Translations under genes and position numbers: made by a program
In this document: in pieces, positions 53,166-64,000 of the stretch
Layout: the number at the start of each line of letters is the position of its first letter
Numbering within the stretch: position 1 is the stretch's first letter
Assembly: GCF_009914755.1 (NCBI RefSeq)
Contig: NC_060926.1
Direction: 5' to 3' (one strand)
From: the human T2T-CHM13v2.0 reference genome, Homo sapiens
Length of the DNA stretch: 64,000 nucleotides
The notes under the pieces: generated by a model
Seen by the model: the letters and a program-made list of their open reading frames with translations, nothing else
Database searches by the model: none
Told to the model about the DNA's origin: nothing

Positions 53166-55222
53166 AACATTAGCAGACTTCAAAGTGAGCAAATGATTTT
53201 ACACAAAGCATACAGGTAGTAGCATCACCTGTATGTGTATATGTATATGTGTTCATCACATTGAACTTATACAATCTTACTAGTATTGGAAGAAATGCAA
53301 ATTAAAAGAATGCTAAGAATCAAGTAAATTATAATTAAACAAGAATAATGAATTAATAATAAGGATAAAATCAAGTATAAATGTAGGCTTTGCAATTTCA
53401 TGTTTGAGACTATACCCTGAAAAAATAAAAGCATTTACTTTTAGCAATGAACACAATGCAGCGTATTGTGTGAACGAAAAGTTTCTCTCAACCAACAAAA
53501 TGAGGATAAATCATATGGCATACCACAATTTCAATAAAATGAAATAAATGCACACTCAGTCAGAAATGAAAGTACAGCATTAAAAAAAGCATGTTAAGTT
53601 GCATAAGCGAAGCTGAGAATAAAACAGAAAAACTGTAGAGCATTTTACTATATTGCTTGGAATAAATGACAAGGATGACATGTAAATTTTGTGTGATTAA
53701 ACAGCATTATTAGCCTCACATTCTTTTGTTTTGCAAATTTGTCTTAGATGTATTTTTCTAAGAAATTATCTAAATTCACAATTATCACACACAAATATGT
53801 ATTTTAAAATAGTAACATAATTTTATTAAAAATTATCCTTTTCTTTTCTTCTGTGTGTACGTGTGTCTTTGTAATGTATGAGCAAAGAAAACAACAATTA
53901 GGATACATCCTAATCTTATTGTGCAATAAACCTATAGATCTTAACATTTATGAAACAGGAGTTTTGTGTCAGAATAGATTTCAAATGATAGCTCAGTTTA
54001 TTGAGTCAAGAAGACAAATCAATGCCACAAAGTTCTGGAAAATATTTCCTTAAGAGTAGACCTTACATTTTTAGGAGTTTTAATGGTTTTATTATTTTTT
54101 TTCAATTTTTCCATTTCTTGCACTTTATGTCACTCCATTTCTTACATTTCAATTACCCTCACCTCACTTCCACCACATGTATTCTTCTACATTTCTCCTT
54201 CTCTTATGCCTCTTATTATCTCAAGCCTAGTTTTGAGTCTAGTTGTTTTTAAAGGATAAGATGTTACCACAATTAGGGCATCAGCCTACATATATTGGCA
54301 AGAAACTCAAGGGATAAATAACAAATGAATAAAAGGAATGACATATCTGTTCTCAGAGGGAAAGATAACACTGTTAGCATTTTTTCCTCCTGTGAGAAGA
54401 AAGACCAAAGGCCAAGCTGGGATCTGGAACAAGTGATTTCAGATAAAAACATCTGTAGCAACAGAGTTTACTCTCCAGTATCCCCACACATAACACATTC
54501 TGACATGCCCTGTGCAAAAATCCAGCAGTTCGATATCAGGAGTTTTAAGAGATTCGCATGGGGATATAGAAACTTGATGGTCTTTTGTTACTAGTGGGAA
54601 TATCTGTATTGGCCTCTTAATAATATGTTATTGCTATGAGAGAGGGAGCAGAAATATTTATTCTCTACTCATAAGATGACCATATTTTAAACTATCTTGT
54701 ACAAACCCATGTGTTAATTGTGATTTGACTCTGACAATTATGATGTGTTTTATTTTTTTCTATATCTTCTTTGTTTTCTCCTGGCATCATCCTAATGCCT
54801 GATATTTTAGCATGGCCTTCTGTAATGTTCTAGCAGTTTAATGTAATCTGTCACCTTTTTCCATTTAGGTCACAGAAATTAATTGATGTTGTGCTTACTG
54901 AGCTATTAGTAATAGAGTGGAGAGGAATCTCTCCATTACACCATACTGCATTGCCTGAGAGTGCCTCTGGTCTGTGATGATGTTGTAATAAAGTTGTAAT
55001 TGCAGAAAGAATATTTACCATCTTTAGCAAGAGAAAACATTATTTGGCAAGAGAAAAAATTATTGCCTCACCTCATTATGTCAATTAAAAATAGAAAAGC
55101 AAAATGAGTCTTCCAAATGTTGGTCTTCACAATATAGTTGCAAGTAATTTGATCTCTAAATCAATGCATCTGTGCAAGATAAATCTTAATTGCCTTCTAC
55201 AGGTAAACTAAATAATAACCAA

Positions 55223-55760
55223 TGTATTAAAATACTTTAATATTTTCTTTACGTTATGATGTTTTGACATCTTAAACTTTTCTAGCTAGGTCGTGACTGC
55301 TCCTCTTTGAGCTAGTTAATTCTTAAATATAATAAAGGGCTCATGTCTTTGATATGGAAACCAAGCAATCAGGAGCTTTATCTCCTCCGTCTGGCTCATA
55401 AACCCAGGAGGCAATATGCCTCTGCCTTAATCATCCCAGGGCCAGGTGCCAGGGAACCAGAGATCAGCCAGGTAGCCCAACGCCTTTTGTAATTATGCAA
55501 ACTAGACAATCACCAATGGTTCACTCCATCTGCCTTACCTTTCCTTCGGAAACCTCAATAAAGGCAGTGGCCTAACTCTTCCCCTAGCTCCTGTCTTCTG
55601 CCTCCTGACTACCACGGTGTCTTTCCCATGTGAACTCAGGTGGCATTTTGTGCCTCTAGGACCTGTGAGTATAAAAAATTTTGTTTTCCTGAGCCTCGCC
55701 TGTGTCTCCTCTTGTGGCTACACCTAGCTGAACCAACTCATGAAAGAATACAAATGAACA
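55223..55760 (+). mobile_element. MER74-like (ERVL) solo LTR
   Basis: TTTAATATTTTCTTTACGTTATGATGTTTTGACATCTT...GCTAGTTAATTC...ATCATCCCAGGGCCAGGT...CAATAAAGGC...GGACCTGTGAGTAT. Confidence 0.72.
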
Positions 55761-56109
55761 ACTTTAACTTTTGGTTGCTACACCAAAAAGTATGGTGAGG
55801 TCTCTTAAGACACAAATCTGTAGTCATTTTAGGGATTTGAATGTTTACTTTAATGAAATAATTTTAGGTTTATAAAAGTTATGATTTTATTGATTTATTG
55901 ATTGCTCTTGCTGATTACTTGGGGATGAACTCACTGATTTGAGAGAAAGAGCATTTGATAGACTTTTTTTCCATTTATTTATAAATTTTAAAGAGTCAAA
56001 AATAGATGTTACAATGAATTATAGCTACATGAGATTATGTAATGATTTTCCTTATGTATTATTGAATGAGAAAAGCAAGCCACCGAATATCATCAGTCTA
56101 GTTTATTCT

Positions 56110-56164
56110 GCATATGTGTATGTGCACATGCATGCATGCATGCATGTGTGTGTGTGTGTGTGTG
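56110..56164. repeat. (CATG)n-(TG)n microsatellite
   Basis: Directly visible. Confidence 0.85.
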
Positions 56165-57494
56165 ATAGATATATGGTTCTATTTAGCTTTCCATTAGTAC
56201 AGAGAACAATAGAAGAAGACATTCAGTTTTTTCTTAACAATTAGACTTGGAATAGGGGCTCAACTATAGGGTGAAAAAGAGAAGAGGAGTAAGGAGTTAC
56301 CAACCAAAGAAGAAAAGAAACAACAACAACAACAACAAACTGTCCTTAAATAAAAACAATTTGGTATTTAGTCACATTTGTTTATCCACATAAAATTAAA
56401 TATATATAAACATATGTTAATAAATATGTATTTTAATTTAGCATGTTGGCTAAGATGAATAAATTAAAACACACACATGCAAACTATTAAAACTGTGATT
56501 TTAAAGACTTAGTGAGACATAACTTCAATGTAAATAATTAGTGATGAAGTGTAGAATTATTTTTTGCAAGCCTAATGACATGCATAACATTGTACTGTGC
56601 ATATACTTGACAGTCAATAAACAATACACATTTATAGATGGTTTGGTGAAACATTTTAACTGCTGCTACCAGGGATTCTGTAAGAAATAATTTTTTAAAC
56701 ATTTACTAATTATTTTTATTTTAGGGGAGGGTATTTTTATATGCTGTCTCAGGAGGGGAAATCTGGGCCTTTGATGCCTTGGTCTACAGAACACAAAGTA
56801 AGAGCCATATTGTTATTTATAAAACATTATTAAGGGATTTTTATTTGGTGCAAGCAGGGAGAAATGGAACATGAGAAGTGAGGTAGCAATGCAACAAGAC
56901 AGATGAGGTTGAGTTCTTTGGGGTACGGTGGCCAGAGAAATGATCAGTGGTGAGGAAGCTAAAGAATTCAAGAATAGTGGTAGATGTCTGCATTTCTGAT
57001 ACGTAGAAATGCTTCACCACTTAAAGCATCACTAAAATTTGCTATGCATTAAAGACTTCAGATGCAATGGTTTTTGGTAAATAGTTTGGGGGGAAAATGT
57101 GGAAAACTGACTTGGTTTTCCTTCTGGATGAGTGTGCTAACGCAGAAAGCAGTTATTCATGAGAGGAAGAATTCAAGTGAGAATGGGTGGAGGAGCAGCC
57201 ACTGGTGTTGATAGTCCAAAATTGCTGTGAAAATATACACTTTCAGAATTTTGCTTATGTTTTAAGAAAGACTTTGCACTGCTTGTGAATAACAGGGGAA
57301 ATATAGATTACCTCAAAGCCTCAACGAGATAATTTTGGGTTCCCAGTTGATTTGCATGTTCTTTTGCAAACATTCCTCCTATGTTTTTGGGTTTTTATTT
57401 GTTTGTTGTTGTTTCTAGCTCCCTTGTTGATGGCCACAGCCCACATCACTTGAATTTCTCTGGATCCCTCCTACTCTCACAGTGTAATCTATGG

Positions 57495-57632
57495 TTCAGG
57501 GTTCAGATACATTAACATTTGGGGAGCTTTTTAGAAATGCAGAATATCAGGCACACCCTAGACCTACGGAATCTGAATGTTAACAACTTCCCAGGTGTTT
57601 CCAATGTACCTCTAAGTTTTAGAACCACATCC
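57495..57632. mobile_element. MER5A-like hAT-Charlie fragment
   Basis: TGGGGAGCTTTTTAGAAATGCAGAAT..CAGGC.CACCCTAGACCTAC.GAATCTGAA...AAGTTTTAGAACCAC. Confidence 0.7.
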
Positions 57633-58049
57633 TTAAAATACTGATAAGCCGAATTCCTACTATGCTCTGTGCAAAAGTGAGATAAATGTTAACTTCCTCC
57701 TGATTTGTCATCTGGATTCTTGAGAGCCATTTATGCCTTATGCCTCTAAGATTCTCTTGTGCAAACAACTTTTTATTTTCAGCCTAGAGTTCCTCTTTCT
57801 ATAAGCCTCAGGCAAAAGTTCATTGCCCCTGCTGGGAAACTATTACCCAAGATAGGCAGGATGCTATCTTCTGCAGTCTTTTCTAACTCTCCCAGGCAGC
57901 TGTACAGAAATCTTTCTCCTATTTTTTTTTTTTTTCGGCTTAAAAAAAATCTCTCTTGCAAACAACTCCTGGCGGACTCACCAACTTTACACAGATAAGC
58001 CTAGAAACAGGCTGAGTCAAAATCTTGTGACACTACAGTCAATTATAAA

Positions 58050-58270
58050 GTGATATAATGTAGTGGTTGAGAACACAGATCTCTAAAGCTACACACTCTG
58101 GGATGAATCCCTGATCCTTCACTTGCTCTCTGTATAACCTTGGGCAAGCTCTGTAACCTCTCTGTCTCAATTTCTTCATCTATAAAATGAAGATAAATAT
58201 AGCATCTAAAGATTAAATGAGTTAACCTATGCAAAGTTTCTACAGGGCAGTAGGTAATATTAAATATTTA
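58050..58270 (+). mobile_element. MIR element
   Basis: TGTATAACCTTGGGCAAGCTCTGTAACCTCTCTGTCTCAATTTCTTCATCTATAAAATG core. Confidence 0.85.
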
Positions 58271-58569
58271 AAATTACATATATTAGGTAATGTTAAATGA
58301 TAAACATTAGATAATATTGTTGTTTCTCTTGAACAATAATATGATTTAGTCAATAACTGTGACCATGATTCCCCTTTCACCTGAACTCTGTGAGTACTTC
58401 ATACTAATGAGGTAGGAGCAGGGTAGTATCTGCTTATAAGAAAACTAGGTGGTATATGAAACTTTGACCCTCTGATCCCTGCAAGTTGAAAACTATTGAA
58501 ATGGGTTGGTTAGGAATGAGCTACCCATTAGTGTATCCAATTAGCATATGAGTGGTAGACCAGGATCCT

Positions 58570-59380
58570 CATGCACTCATGTATTAAACAAATAATTATT
58601 GAGCTACAATTATACAAGAGCCAGGGTACACAGTGATGGCAATAATTAGTTCCCACCACTAAGAACTATAAAGTTTAGTAGAAAGATAGACATGAAAATA
58701 TAAAATTATAAAGGCATTAATAATAATGTGCATAACATACAAGGTAAAGTGGAAAAAAGCGTTGGAAGAAGATATTAGGTTGATTTATACAAGCCACACA
58801 GAACGTCACAGAAGATGCGACATTAATCTAAGACTTGAGAAAAAGAATAAGATTCCTCTGGTAAATAAGTCAAGTGATGACATCAGACCAATGAACAACA
58901 AATGCAAAGATGGTGCTGCAAATGTGAATTGTGCTTTGGAAGCTGCAAATAATTCAATATTTCTGTAGCCTAGATTTGGGGATGAGGGTGGTAGGAAAGG
59001 GAGCCAGATGGTAAAGACTCTGCATCTCATGTAGTAAACATGAAAATGTGTCTTTCAGGTAATGGGAACCACTGAATAATTTTTAAGAAGTACATGATAT
59101 AATGCAACTTGTTTGATGAATCTCCAGGACAGAAGTGATGATTAGAAGGACTCAGATACTAAGAGTCAGTGAGGCAGCTGTTGGGTGTTCAGCTAAGGGA
59201 TGACCAGTTCCTTAGTGAGAGGGAAGCTAGTGGGATAAGAAGTGAGGGATTTAAGAGATATGTAAGTAGGAGAATTGTTTCAACCTTGTGATTGCCAGGG
59301 TGCTGAAAATGCGTTCACATGAAGAAAGAACACTTTTACATTTCTAGCTAGATAATGAATAGATGGTGGAACTGATATAA
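58570..59380 (-). mobile_element. L2 fragment
   Basis: ATTAAACAAATAATTATTGAGC 3' end; GGTAATGGGAACCACTGAATAATTTTTAAG. Confidence 0.65.
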
Positions 59381-59544
59381 AGTGGCAGTTTCCCTTCCCG
59401 TCTAGCCTAAAATATTCAGCATTGTGGATTTCCTGTCCTCTAAAAGATTCTTCAAAATTGCTTAGAAATGACATGCACAGGGAAAATTATCATCCACTGT
59501 GTTAGTGAAATCATCTGTAAGGTGCCAACTTTGTGATAGATTTA

Positions 59545-59775
59545 CCATAAATAATACAGTTACTATTCTGTGTCAGATACCATATATGACATTATTGCTA
59601 ATTATTGCAAAAATCCTGCAAAGATTTTTTTATTTTTCCTTTTACAGATATGGAAAGGAAGATTAGACAGGTAATAGCTTGTTAATGTCATATATTGGGA
59701 AAGGGTGAGTGGAGTCAGTGTTTAATTCCTATGCTGGATGACCTTGCTTACAACTTCATGAGCCACATGCCATTC
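59545..59775 (-). mobile_element. MIR fragment
   Basis: TTTTACAGATATGGAAAGGAAGATTAGACAGGTAATAGCTTG..AATGTCA, antisense core. Confidence 0.55.
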
Positions 59776-60206
59776 TCTAGTCCCTGAAATTATTTTTTAA
59801 AACATAATGAAAAAGAGGCAACTTACATGTTAATTTGTTTTCTAGGATTATCTAAATGAATTCTATAGAATCCATTCACTAAGGTATCTATATTAATCCA
59901 GAATAAAGAATAATATAAATTATAGATTTATCAAAAAATTATTTGCTACATGTGAGAAATTAAAGGCTTCATCTTGATGATTTTGTGTTGTTGTTTTTTG
60001 AAGCTATGAAGAGTGGAGCGGTTATACAGTTATTGCCTAAAAGTTTTCTATCTTGTGAGGCCACTCCTTTTCTGTTATTTTGTCTAGAGAGAGAAGGGTT
60101 TTGTGGGCTTTTTGTTTGTTTTTCCTTTACTCATTGACATCTCTGTGTTGCCAGCTTTGTCATTTCCATGTCTGATACATAAGAAACAAAATCAAAACCA
60201 AGTAAG

Positions 60207-60590
60207 GGCCAGGAGTGGTGGATCACGCCTGTAATTTCAGGAGTGAAAGGGAGGCTGAGGCGGGTGAATCACTTAACGTCAGGAGTTCAAGTCTAGCCTG
60301 GCCGACATGGTGAAACCTCGTCTCTATTAAAAATACAAAAATTAGCTAGGTTTGGTGGTACGCATCTGTAAGCCCAGCAGGTGAATCACTTAAGGTCAGG
60401 AGCTTGAGCCTGGCCTGGCCGACATGGTGAAACTTTGTCTCTATTAAAAATACAAAAATTAGCCAGTGTGGCATCTATAATCTCAGCTACTCGGGAGGCT
60501 GAGGCAGGAGAATTGCTAGAACCCAAGAGACACTGCACTCCAGCCTGGGCAACAAGAGTAAAATTCCATCTCAAAAAAACAAAAAAACAA
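60207..60590 (+). mobile_element. AluS with internal ~117-bp tandem duplication (three-part Alu)
   Basis: Left-arm 3' half plus linker present twice. TSD AAAACCAAGTAAGG / AAATCTAAGTAAGG. Confidence 0.92.
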
Positions 60591-60899
60591 AATCTAAGTA
60601 AGGTCACCACTATGTTATTCTTTAGATCCCAAGTTATCTTTAATATATACCTTCTTCTCTTTATCTTTCACAGCCTTCTTATTTCTGTTTAATATATCAT
60701 GTGCATGGTTTTTAGCTGTACTTAGTAGAAAAAGTAAGGAGAAATATTTAAAGTCTGTCTTCCTGGAAACTGAAGTCTTACAAAGTTATTATATAAATAT
60801 GTTTCAGACAGAACCGGTGAGTTAAAGAAAATATCATTTCCCTTCGTGACTAAGTATTGCTCATTAGCTTGTATCAAGGTCTCTTAACGAAATTTTAAA

Positions 60900-61279
60900 G
60901 ATGTCTGTCTGAGAAACAGTCATCTGAAGGCTTGAAAGAAATTGAGGAGGCACTTCTGAGTTGTTTCACTCACACGGTTGGCAAGCTTGTGCTTCATGTT
61001 ACCAGGAGGCCTCTCTTCCTCACACACAGACCTCTCCAGAGGCTGTTTTAGTGTTCTGATGACATCGCAGATGGCTTTCCCCAGAGCAAGCCATTTCAGT
61101 AAGAGCAAAGCACAAGGAGGAATGACTCTAATGACTTAGTAATAGGACACACACAGTTAATTCCAAATATTTTATTATTTACATAGGTCTTCACACTATA
61201 TCATAGAGGCAACTACACAACCCGATAAATACCAGAAGATGAGGGTCAATGGTGGCGATTTTGGATGTAGGTTACCACA
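60900..61279 (-). mobile_element. MLT1 (H-like) LTR
   Basis: CATCTGAAGGCTTGA...GATGGCTTTCCCCAGAGCAAGC...GGCGATTTTGGATGTAGGTTACCACA end. Confidence 0.72.
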
Positions 61280-62300
61280 TGTGTTTTCAGTAGTCTTTGA
61301 AGCTTCCTTACATCCTGGTATACCAAGATCTTTCAGGATCACCTTCTTTGTTTCTTTCCCCAGACATGGAATCATTGATTTTGGTTTCTTTTAATGGAAA
61401 ACGTGCATGTTTTCTGTTTGTTTCGATATGTAGTTTGAATCTATAAGTTTAGACTTAGAGATCTTCATTCCATAAGATTGGTCTTTGTTTCTAAGTCATC
61501 TCAGTTGGATAGAGCTGGAAATCTGTGTATGTTTGCATGTTCATAGAGCTAGAGATCTGTTTATATGTTTGCATGTACACACACAAATGCATATGCATAC
61601 ATACGTATTTTAAGAAAAAAATTCATAATTTACACTGTTTGAATTTGTGTTAAGGATACAGGACTTTTACTTAATATCACATATCTTAGTCAGTTTATCT
61701 TTTCTTCCATGTCAAAAATAGTCTACCAACAATGTAATTACTGAAACAAGTTTAAATTTTTTATAATTTTTTTTTCCTTGAGATATATCCTATTAGAGAC
61801 ATACAGGAAAAATACATTATTGTATTTTAAATTCAGTTCAAGTGGTTTCTGTGAGGTGCTAATTATGCATCTAACAGAGTATGTAGATTTTATTTTACTT
61901 TAGACTCTTTAGAGGTTGTTTTAAGTATTTTATAATTATGTAAAATATTGTTACATAGTTAAAAAGTAAATCTTCAAGACAAACTATATTTGGAGAAATT
62001 TAGCTTCTGTCACTGTCCCCTTAATCTTAATCCTTTCCTTTCCTAACAGAGGATCACTGAATAGAGATCTGGTTTTTGTTTTCATTTTCTAAAACATATA
62101 AGCAAATATGAAGGCTTATGCTTATTCTCTACTTTTACGGAGAAAATCATAGCACAATATGCAAACCTTTTCCCTTCTTGATTGTTTATTTAATAATATA
62201 TACACAAGATCATTTCACAGCAGTATATTGAGATATTTCTTATTCTTTTTTAGAAATGCATACTATGTAATTATGTGTAGGAGCCATAGGGGAATAATGC
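61280..62300 (-). mobile_element. Old L1MC/L1ME 3' fragments
   Basis: CCCAGACATGGAATCA...TTCTTTTAATGGAAAA and GCAGTATATTGAGATATTTCTTATTCTTTTT motifs. Confidence 0.5.
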
Positions 62301-63569
62301 CCTTTAGGATGAAGGGCATATTTTTTTTAATAAAATGACATTCTAATTAACATGAAAACATATTTCTTAAAACAGGAAAGTAAATGTTTCTTTCTCATTA
62401 AACATCATATTACTAAAAAAGAAATAAAATTAAACTGAAGATTATATTAATAAAATATTAACATTTTAAGAGTAATAGCATTTTAATAATAAAATAGATG
62501 TTAATTCTTCTAGAAAATATTAACAAAAATTGTTAAGGCTAAACACCTTCATGTTTTTTCATGAATTTAATTTATGAGGAATTCTGGTAAGACTTTCTTT
62601 CAAAATTTGTTCTCCTGTTTCTTGTGTGATATTCAGATTTATAAATTTTAGCATCTCATTGCCTCAACTAAAAGTATAGTTATAAATATAATAATAGCTT
62701 AGTTTTCAGAATTACCTAGTTAATTTCCTAGTTAATTGAAAATAATGTGGAATCATAGAAACAGCAGATGGATAATATGGGCTGGAAAAGAAAACCTTAA
62801 TACTCTCAGATATAAGAAATACAAGGTTATCTGAAAATGTGTATTTAAATAGACAAATAAATTACACATTGTGGGATCAAATATGTAATCAATGATACTA
62901 ATATATGGTACCACATGTCTACTGAACTCAATCCTATTTTATGATGCATTATTTTTGTAACTATTACATGTTGTTTAAGATGTTTATTCAACTCAACCTT
63001 ATTTTCCCCCTAAATTAATGAGAATTTTATATCAAAGTACTGATAGATGATTACATAATTTGTACATTAATTTTATGTTCCAGTGTTTCATTTTTTATTT
63101 CTCAACATATAAAGCCCTTTCTTCAAAAAAATAATATTAACTGTTAAAATGCCACAATACAAATGTGATATTATTCAGATGTTAAATCTACTTGAATTAT
63201 TAAGTGGTAGCCTGGTGTTTGATTGAGAGATAATGCTCGCTTTTTTTTCTTTTGCTTAATAACTATCCACTGCTGACCATTTTTGTCAACCAAGACCAAC
63301 ATGTAAACTGTAATATTTTCCATCTTGAGTTTATTGTTAAAGTGAATTTATAAGAGATTATTGCCAATGATTATGGGCTTCATGTATTCTTTTTAATTCT
63401 GTTTTTAATAAATAAATTTTCTATGACCTTCCTTAGCTAAAGCCCCTCGTTTTGTGCATGGACTTCCATCTGTCACCCACCATCTACTTGGGGACATCAT
63501 ACTTGGAAATGAAGAAATTAGACTATTGGAAATATAGAATGAGAAACTAAAAATTGAAATTAAATTATA

Positions 63570-64000
63570 TCTCTTATAATAGCATAAAAATATGAAAGAT
63601 TAAGAATTTCTAGATTAAGAACTACAAACATTGTGAAGAGATATTATTTAAAAACCTAAGTAAATGGAGACCTATACCACATTTGGGGATTGAAAGAAAA
63701 AAATATTTTAAGATATCAAGTTTTCTTCACAATAATTTATAGAATCAACACAATCCCAACCAAAATCCCATTTTTTTTTTGGTAGAAATTGACCACTTAA
63801 TTATACAATTTATGTGGACAAAAATCAAAACACTTCTGAAAAAAAAGAAATAAACTGTAGGACATGGACTATTGGATTTTAAGATTTCCTACAAATGAAG
63901 ACATTTTCAGGAAAATAAAAGCTAAGAAAATTCAAGGCAGTATTGTTTTGGAGGAAAAGGGACAAAAACATCGACAAAAGGATACAGAGTCCAGAAGTTA
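63570..64000 (+). mobile_element. L1M ORF2 fragment running off the window
   Basis: ACCTAAGTAAATGGAGACCTATACCAC...AATCCCAACCAAAATCCCA...GTAGAAATTGAC...AGAGTCCAGAA. Confidence 0.8.

Noticed and set aside
55022-55064. Short tandem duplications (also 42572-42603 and 61510-61578)
   Set aside because: Ordinary slippage duplications of 17-35 bp with no further structure.

Overview
AT-rich primate (almost certainly human) genomic DNA, dominated by transposable elements, with no recognisable host coding exon. The main feature is a 7.33-kb HERV-H provirus on the + strand (10253-17586). It has LTR7-type LTRs, an ATATT target-site duplication (TSD), a tRNA-His primer-binding site and dead gag/pro/pol, but an uninterrupted 555-codon env ORF (15244-16911). 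From memory this matches the described HERV-H envH3/env59 at 2q24.1, so the first ~1.8 kb may be the distal 3' UTR of KCNJ3; both identifications are unverified. The Env has lost 8 aa of its immunosuppressive domain, the first Cys of CX6CC, a canonical furin site and the distal cytoplasmic tail. The rest of the window holds six Alus (two internally rearranged), nested L1s (one block looks like a combined 5'+3' transduction), a full-length THE1 with a nested head-to-head solo LTR, and older MLT1, LTR33, MER74, MER2, MER5, L2 and MIR fragments. I found no evidence of a wholly new biological system; the best leads concern the env locus and the nested-element structures. Repeat subfamily names come from remembered consensus motifs, not from a database search.
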